The notes under the pieces were generated by a model. It saw only the letters and a list, made by a program, of their open reading frames with translations, did no database searches and had not been told where the DNA came from. 64,000 bases of DNA from Octopus vulgaris (lineage: Eukaryota): NCBI GenBank assembly GCA_951406725.2, contig OX597828.1, forward strand, positions 69,378,001 through 69,442,000. The letters run 5' to 3'. Each line of letters starts with the position of its first letter. Position 1 is the first letter of the stretch. The position numbers and the translations under genes are program-made. Positions 57,948 to 64,000 of this stretch are shown here, in pieces.

Positions 57948-58200
57948 GTACTCCGTCGGTTACGACGACGAAAGTTCCATTTGATCTGATCAACGGAACA
58001 GCCTGCTCGTGAAATTGATGTGCAAGTGGCTGAGCACTCCACAGACACACGTGGACCCATAAAGTAGTTCTCAGGGAGGTTCAGCGTGACACAGAATGTG
58101 GTAAGACTGGCCCCTTTGAAATACAGGTACGACTCATTTTTGCCGGCTGAGTGGACTGAGCAACGTGAAACAAAGGGTCTCGCCCAAAGACACAATGTGA
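57948..58200 (-). mobile_element. SINE family C-like 3' half
   Basis: Reverse complement matches ~17490-17668. Confidence 0.8.
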
Positions 58201-58589
58201 CACCGTAAATCGAATGATACTCTGAATATACAAAACAAACCGATTGGATGGTCATAACTGGAACACTTTTTGATGATGAGTTCATCTCAGAGATGATTGG
58301 GCAGGGTCTAAATGTAAGCAACAACATTTGCTAATGAAATTAGACAAAGATATGTCGAAGAAGAGGATGCGCCCAATCGATCGATTCTTATTAACTCATG
58401 TGTTTGTATATCGATTTTCTCTTGCGCTGTACGCCGTAATCAGTGTTTGACATGGTCCCATTAAAGCGGCGACCAAGGATACATAAAAAATATACACGGC
58501 GGGGTCAACGGATCTGCAGGCCGTCTACAAGACGAAACATGTCACTTGAAGCATAGGGAGAGGTGAGGGAGGGAGAGGATGAAAGGAGG

Positions 58590-58620
<31 letters not shown>

Positions 58621-58879
58621 TGAGAGTGAGAGAGAGAGAGAGGTGGGTGGTAGAAGAATGGCAATTATTTTCAAGTGTGAGAGAAGCTTTTGCAAATAAA
58701 ACAAGCACACGCGCACGCAAACACATAACGTATACACACACACACAGAGAAACACATACACATAAACGCCATATACATACAGGACACAAAGACACACACA
58801 CACACGTACAAGCACATACACACGCAAGTGTATAACCTATACAACCACACACACACACACACACACATAAGCAACACAA

Positions 58880-58935
58880 ACTATACACACACAGACATTA
58901 CCTATACACACACACACACACACACACACATGACC

Positions 58936-58969
<34 letters not shown>

Positions 58970-59006
58970 ACCTATACACACACACACACACACACACACA
59001 CATGAC

Positions 59007-59040
<34 letters not shown>

Positions 59041-59043
59041 ACC

Positions 59044-59109
<66 letters not shown>

Positions 59110-59112
59110 ACC

Positions 59113-59146
<34 letters not shown>

Positions 59147-59168
59147 ACCTATACACACACACACACAT
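58880..59168. repeat. Compound minisatellite [TGACCTATA(CA)n]
   Basis: About seven TGACCTATA-type anchors separated by CA runs of variable length. Confidence 0.9.
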
Positions 59169-59549
59169 CCGAACGCTAACATAAAACCGCCCCTTTTTAA
59201 TTATTCATGTAACTATTGCTCTTCCATTCCTTAGTTTTGTATAAACTAACAAGGCCGCGGCCATGCTACAGCGCCGCCTTCATTAATGGACGTCTACCAA
59301 CCTAAAGTGCTTCGGGTCTTGTCTCTTCATGTATTCACACATCACCAACTGACGAGTCATTCCACACATGAAACTGGTCCAATCTCGGATTTTTTTTTTC
59401 CCTTTTTTTGTTCTGTTTTGTTTTGTTTTTCATGCAAGAAAATGGCGGCGGTGGGGGTGGGGTGGGGTGGGGTGATGGGAGGAGAACCCCCCCCCCCTCA
59501 TTCTAGAACACGATGTATATTTATCCTTTATTTGTTCTTTTCTTGTATT

Positions 59550-59769
59550 CTTTCGTTTGTTTCAGTCATTGGACTGCGGCCATGCTGGAGCACCGCCTTT
59601 AATCGATCAAGTCGACGCCAGTGCTCGTTCTTTGTAAACCCAGTACTTATCCTATCGGTCTCTTTTTTGCCGAACCGCTAAGTTACGGGGACGTGAACTC
59701 GCCAGCATCGGTTGTCAAGCTATGCCGGGAGGGGGGAACACAGACACAGACACAGACACACACACACAG

Positions 59770-59824
<55 letters not shown>

Positions 59825-60030
59825 ATTGGATTTGGTAGACGGAAACTGGAAGAAGCCCGTCGTATATATATATATTTTATACGACGGGCTTCTTTCAGTT
59901 TCCGTCCACCAAATCCATTCACAAAGCTTTGGTCGGCCCGAAGCTATTGTAGAAGACACTTGCCCAAGATGCCAGGCAGTGGGACAGAACCCAGAACCAT
60001 GTGGCTGGTAAGCAAACTCCTTTCCACATT
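59550..60030 (-). mobile_element. SINE family A with an internal inverted duplication
   Basis: Both family A halves are present. 59827-59866 is the reverse complement of 59878-59918. Confidence 0.88.
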
Positions 60031-60044
60031 GCTACTCGCATATA

Positions 60045-60128
<84 letters not shown>

Positions 60129-60830
60129 TTTTCCGTCAGTTTTGATGATGCGGATTCAGTTGTTCAATCAACTGAACTTTCTAGTCCTAAATTAACGTAT
60201 AACTGGCCGAGTATCTCGCAGTCACGTTCTCACCCTTAACATTATTGCCTGGAACAACTACCGTGGCAGTGTGTAACAAGGCTGTATCTTTTCAGTAACG
60301 TGTACCATCCACCCCACGCTTTTCTATGCAATTAATATCGATTTAATTTTAATTACAAGTCTAAAAAAAAAACAAAAACAAATGGACAACATTCGTATAA
60401 GACGCCACGTAGTGGTATTGAAACCGGGACCTTCTGGTTAGGAAGAGAAATTCTTAAACATTCGGCCAGATACACACAAACAAGCACGCACATACATACA
60501 TACATACATACATACATACATACATGCATACATACATACATAGATACATACATGCATACATACATACATACATGCATACATACATACATAGATACATACA
60601 TACATACATACATACACACAAACATACATACACACATACACACATACATACATACACACATACATACATACATACATACATACACACACATACATACATA
60701 CATACATACATACACACACACATACATACATACGTACATACATACATACATACATACATACATACATACATACATACATACATACATACATACATACATA
60801 CATACATACATACATACATACATACATACA

Positions 60831-61590
60831 TGAGGTCCCTGCCATTGATGTGAAAATCCGGAAACTACTAACAAACACACATAATCTCCACATAAACAGT
60901 GACGTAGACCGCATCTACCTAAAACGAAAACAAGGCGGCAGAGGCTTAACATCGATCCAAAATGCTTTTGAATGTCGTATCATATCCCTTCGGCAACATC
61001 TTTTAACCACCAAGTTTTGAAGTGCGTCCTTTGACCAAGTTTACATACATGAGGGCTAATAACATCATAAGACTTGGGAGGCAACTCCTTGGGCATCATT
61101 CCTCGTCTGATAACCTTAAATACATGCCCAAAGAAGCCGTACAACTCTACCATAAAGTATCATCAGATGAAAAGATGAGCGTATATGAGCAGAAGACCAT
61201 GCATGGATATGCTAGTAGAAAGCTCCGAGATGATAACATCATCGATCATTAAAAGCAGTTTATCGTGGACCACTAAGCCGTATTACTACCTCCCACTTTG
61301 AAGGGTTTGTGTTTGCAATCCAGGAAGAGTAAATATCAACCGCCATCATTGTAAAAATCTGTAAAACTTTCCAGAAGTTTATCATTTAAATATAGATGAG
61401 CATGTCAAGATATGAAACTATATGCATGAGAAAACATACGGATATATACAAAAATAGCCTGTTGATATTGTTGAAATTCCAATGATGGAGCCTTGGATCA
61501 AGATTAGAAACCGGCTCGTTCTGTATTGGCAAGAAGTTTTGAAATAAAACTGAATAATAACATAACACATACATACATGCACACATACAT
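60831..61590 (+). mobile_element. Internally deleted RLE LINE ((CATA)n-associated family)
   Basis: Motifs DVDRIYLKRKQGGRGL, MHGY and HFEGFVFAIQEE, then the 3' UTR shared with 40880-41150. (CATA)n lies directly upstream and CATA repeats lie at the 3' end. Confidence 0.88.
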
Positions 61591-61715
61591 ACAACCTCGG
61601 TTGTTTTGCTAAATTTTTCTTGAGAACATTTCTTAGTGGTGTGACCATAGCGGATCTATTTCTAGCATAAGGATGTCCACATGGTGGTTTCCCTCTAATA
61701 TGTATATGTGTGTGT

Positions 61716-61785
<70 letters not shown>

Positions 61786-61929
61786 TATGGTTTTGAATTT
61801 CTAATTTCTGCGACATAACATTGGGTTCCACTTAATCGGTTCAGATTTTGTAGGATTATATCTCCTTCAATAAAATTGCTTCTTCCTTTCTGGCAATCTA
61901 CGGTAGTCTTCATGGGGACGACGCTCTTC

Positions 61930-62620
61930 TCCTTACTATTGTGCTATCTACACTGACGTTACAGAGAACTAGAAAAGCCCAACTAAATTCCTTGCAAATC
62001 TGACCGTCTCTATTGCATTCACAGCTGGTCACAAAACAGCAAACTTCCTCGAGGTAACCTTGGACATGAACTTATCCTTTTACTCCGTATTTAACTCTTT
62101 TACTCTTTTTACTTGTTTCAGTCATTTGACTGCGGCCATGCTGGAGCACCGCCTTTAATCGAGCAACTCGACCCCGGGACTTATTCTTTTGTAAGACCAG
62201 TACTTATTCTATCGGTCTCTTTTGCCGAACCGCTAAGTAACGGGGACATAAACACACCAGCATCGGTTGTCAAGCAATGCTAGGGGACAAACACAGACAC
62301 ACAAACACACACATACATATATACATATACATATATACGACGGGCTTCTTTTCAGTTTCCGTCTACCAAATCCACTCACAAGGCTTTGGTCGGCCCGAGG
62401 ATATAGCAGAAGACACTTGCCCAAGGTGCCACGCAGTGGGACTGAACCCGGAACCATGTGGTTGGTAAACAAGCTACTTACCACACAGCCACTCCTGCGC
62501 TATATTGCAAAATTAATGAGTAATTATAATATACATATTAAAAAAACCCATCCCAGTATTGTGCAACAAATACTTTACTAAACATAAATTCTTCTTCTTA
62601 AAATATATACATTAACTGTT
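61930..62620 (+). pseudogene. Decayed Penelope-like RT fragment split by a family A SINE
   Basis: KTANFLEVTLDM before the SINE and KINE...HPSIVQQI after it resemble the PLE pattern VNFLDVTLDL...YRKPN...SNHPP.IIKQI. Confidence 0.6.
62095..62500 (-). mobile_element. SINE family A
   Basis: Near full-length copy. Confidence 0.93.
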
Positions 62621-63150
62621 GAGAGTTACCAGAGTAACTCTCAACAAACGCCTCCGCCTAAAGTGCATTCGCCATCTTCATTAAAAAATCTTATAGTTTA
62701 AAAACATTATTTCCTTTCTACTTAACAAATACCATTTATTCTCCGCCCTATCCTGCAATTATTTCTTCTTTCTATTTCCCCTCTTCCCTCCTCTCCTTAG
62801 TTTAACCCTTTTCTTCTCACATACATTACACTGAACAACCTCTAATACAGCCAGTTATCCTTAGATATATCTTAGTAATTTATACCCCACAGTGAAACTT
62901 AGACTCCCCCACCACAACACACTACCCCCTTTGGGTGGTCAAACTAACTGATAATTCCAGTTATTCACCCTTCCACCCCTGCAAACCCACACATTTTCTC
63001 CTTCATACCATCCCACTTAGTATCCCCCTTCCCTACCTTCTACATATCTTCCTCTAACTCTAGACATTCACTACTTTTCTTCTAGACTCATTTTGTGCAT
63101 CGTCCACCACTAATACATCTTTATTACTTACCAAAGTCCGAACTCACTTC

Positions 63151-63250
63151 TCCGCCGAAGATGGAATAAATTGCCACAATAATGCTGTTTGCGGACTGCT
63201 TATAGGTAAATGCACCAACTACGTATCTACACTTGAAACAGCTGTAAGGA
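63151..63250 (+). ncRNA. Degenerate hammerhead motif with a long stem II region
   Basis: TCCG-CCGAAGA-(~73 nt)-GAAAC-AGCT-GTA-AGGA. Stem II pairing is unclear. Confidence 0.45.
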
Positions 63251-63759
63251 CTACCTGTATATCTTCTTCATTCTTCTAATCTAGCTTTAGATTCTACGCA
63301 TGGTAACTGTCTTAACCTACTATGCAATATAAATAATACGGAATTGCCATATAAGTGTTCCAGGAGAATGGCAGCTTATATCATCCGTTATGAACTTTTC
63401 ACAATTGATCTTTCATTGACCTCTTATTATCTAAACTCCTGAAACTTTCATTTCTATCCGAAAGTCGAATCAAAGTATAAATTCACCATAATCTGATATA
63501 TATAAGACGGGCTTCTTTCAATTTCTTTTTATCAAATCCACTCACAAGGCTTTGGTCGGCCCGAGGCTTTAGTAGAAGACATTTGCCCTAAGGTGACACG
63601 CAGTGGGACTGAGCCCGAAACCATATGGTTGGGAAGCAAGCTTCTTACCACATAGTCACTCCTACGTCTATAAACATATACATATACATATACATACACA
63701 CATACACACACACACACACATATATATATATGCACACATATATACATACATACACATAC

Positions 63760-64000
63760 ATACGACCCTATCATATCACCGACTCCTTCACCTGCACTTC
63801 TACCAATGTCATCTACTGCATCTACTGGTCTCTCTGCCCTTCTCTATACATCGGGCAAACGGGACGCCGCTTGGCCGACCGGTGGTCCGGAACACCTCCG
63901 AAACATCCGACTCGGCAATGACACACCGGTCTCGCGCCATTTCAGCTCTACCGGTTACTCTTTGCAACACCTGTCTGTGTTCGGATTGTCCTTGCCCAGG
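63760..64000 (+). pseudogene. Penelope-like GIY-YIG endonuclease fragment running off the window end
   Basis: ITDSFTCTSTNVIYCIY..LCPSLYIGQTGRRLADR, then a frameshift to EHLRNIR...PVSRHF. Confidence 0.88.

Overview
This is AT-rich animal genomic DNA saturated with microsatellites. The repeat families suggest an octopus or another coleoid cephalopod, but that is an inference. I found no supportable host protein-coding exon, and nearly all listed ORFs are translations of (CA)n, (TA)n, (TATG)n or (TAA)n tracts or of SINEs. The window holds four tRNA-derived SINE families, decayed RLE-type LINEs (R4/Dong-like and HERO-like), an old AP-endonuclease-type LINE 3' end, mariner/Tc1, hAT and Helentron-like elements, Penelope-like (PLE) RT and GIY-YIG remnants, and a ~2.3 kb array of a 23-bp minisatellite. 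The main signal is about a dozen minimal type-I hammerhead ribozyme motifs: stem I, C(U/C)GANGA, stem II, GAAAC, a 0-4 nt mostly palindromic loop, GUH, stem I. They sit in several short non-coding elements whose 3' ends mostly abut (TA)n tracts and which often form inverted repeats. Variants include U4C and A6U cores and stem II insertions of about 40-90 nt. A second signal is an RLE LINE family tied to (CATA)n tracts. All structures were read by eye, element boundaries are approximate, and no ribozyme activity is demonstrated.
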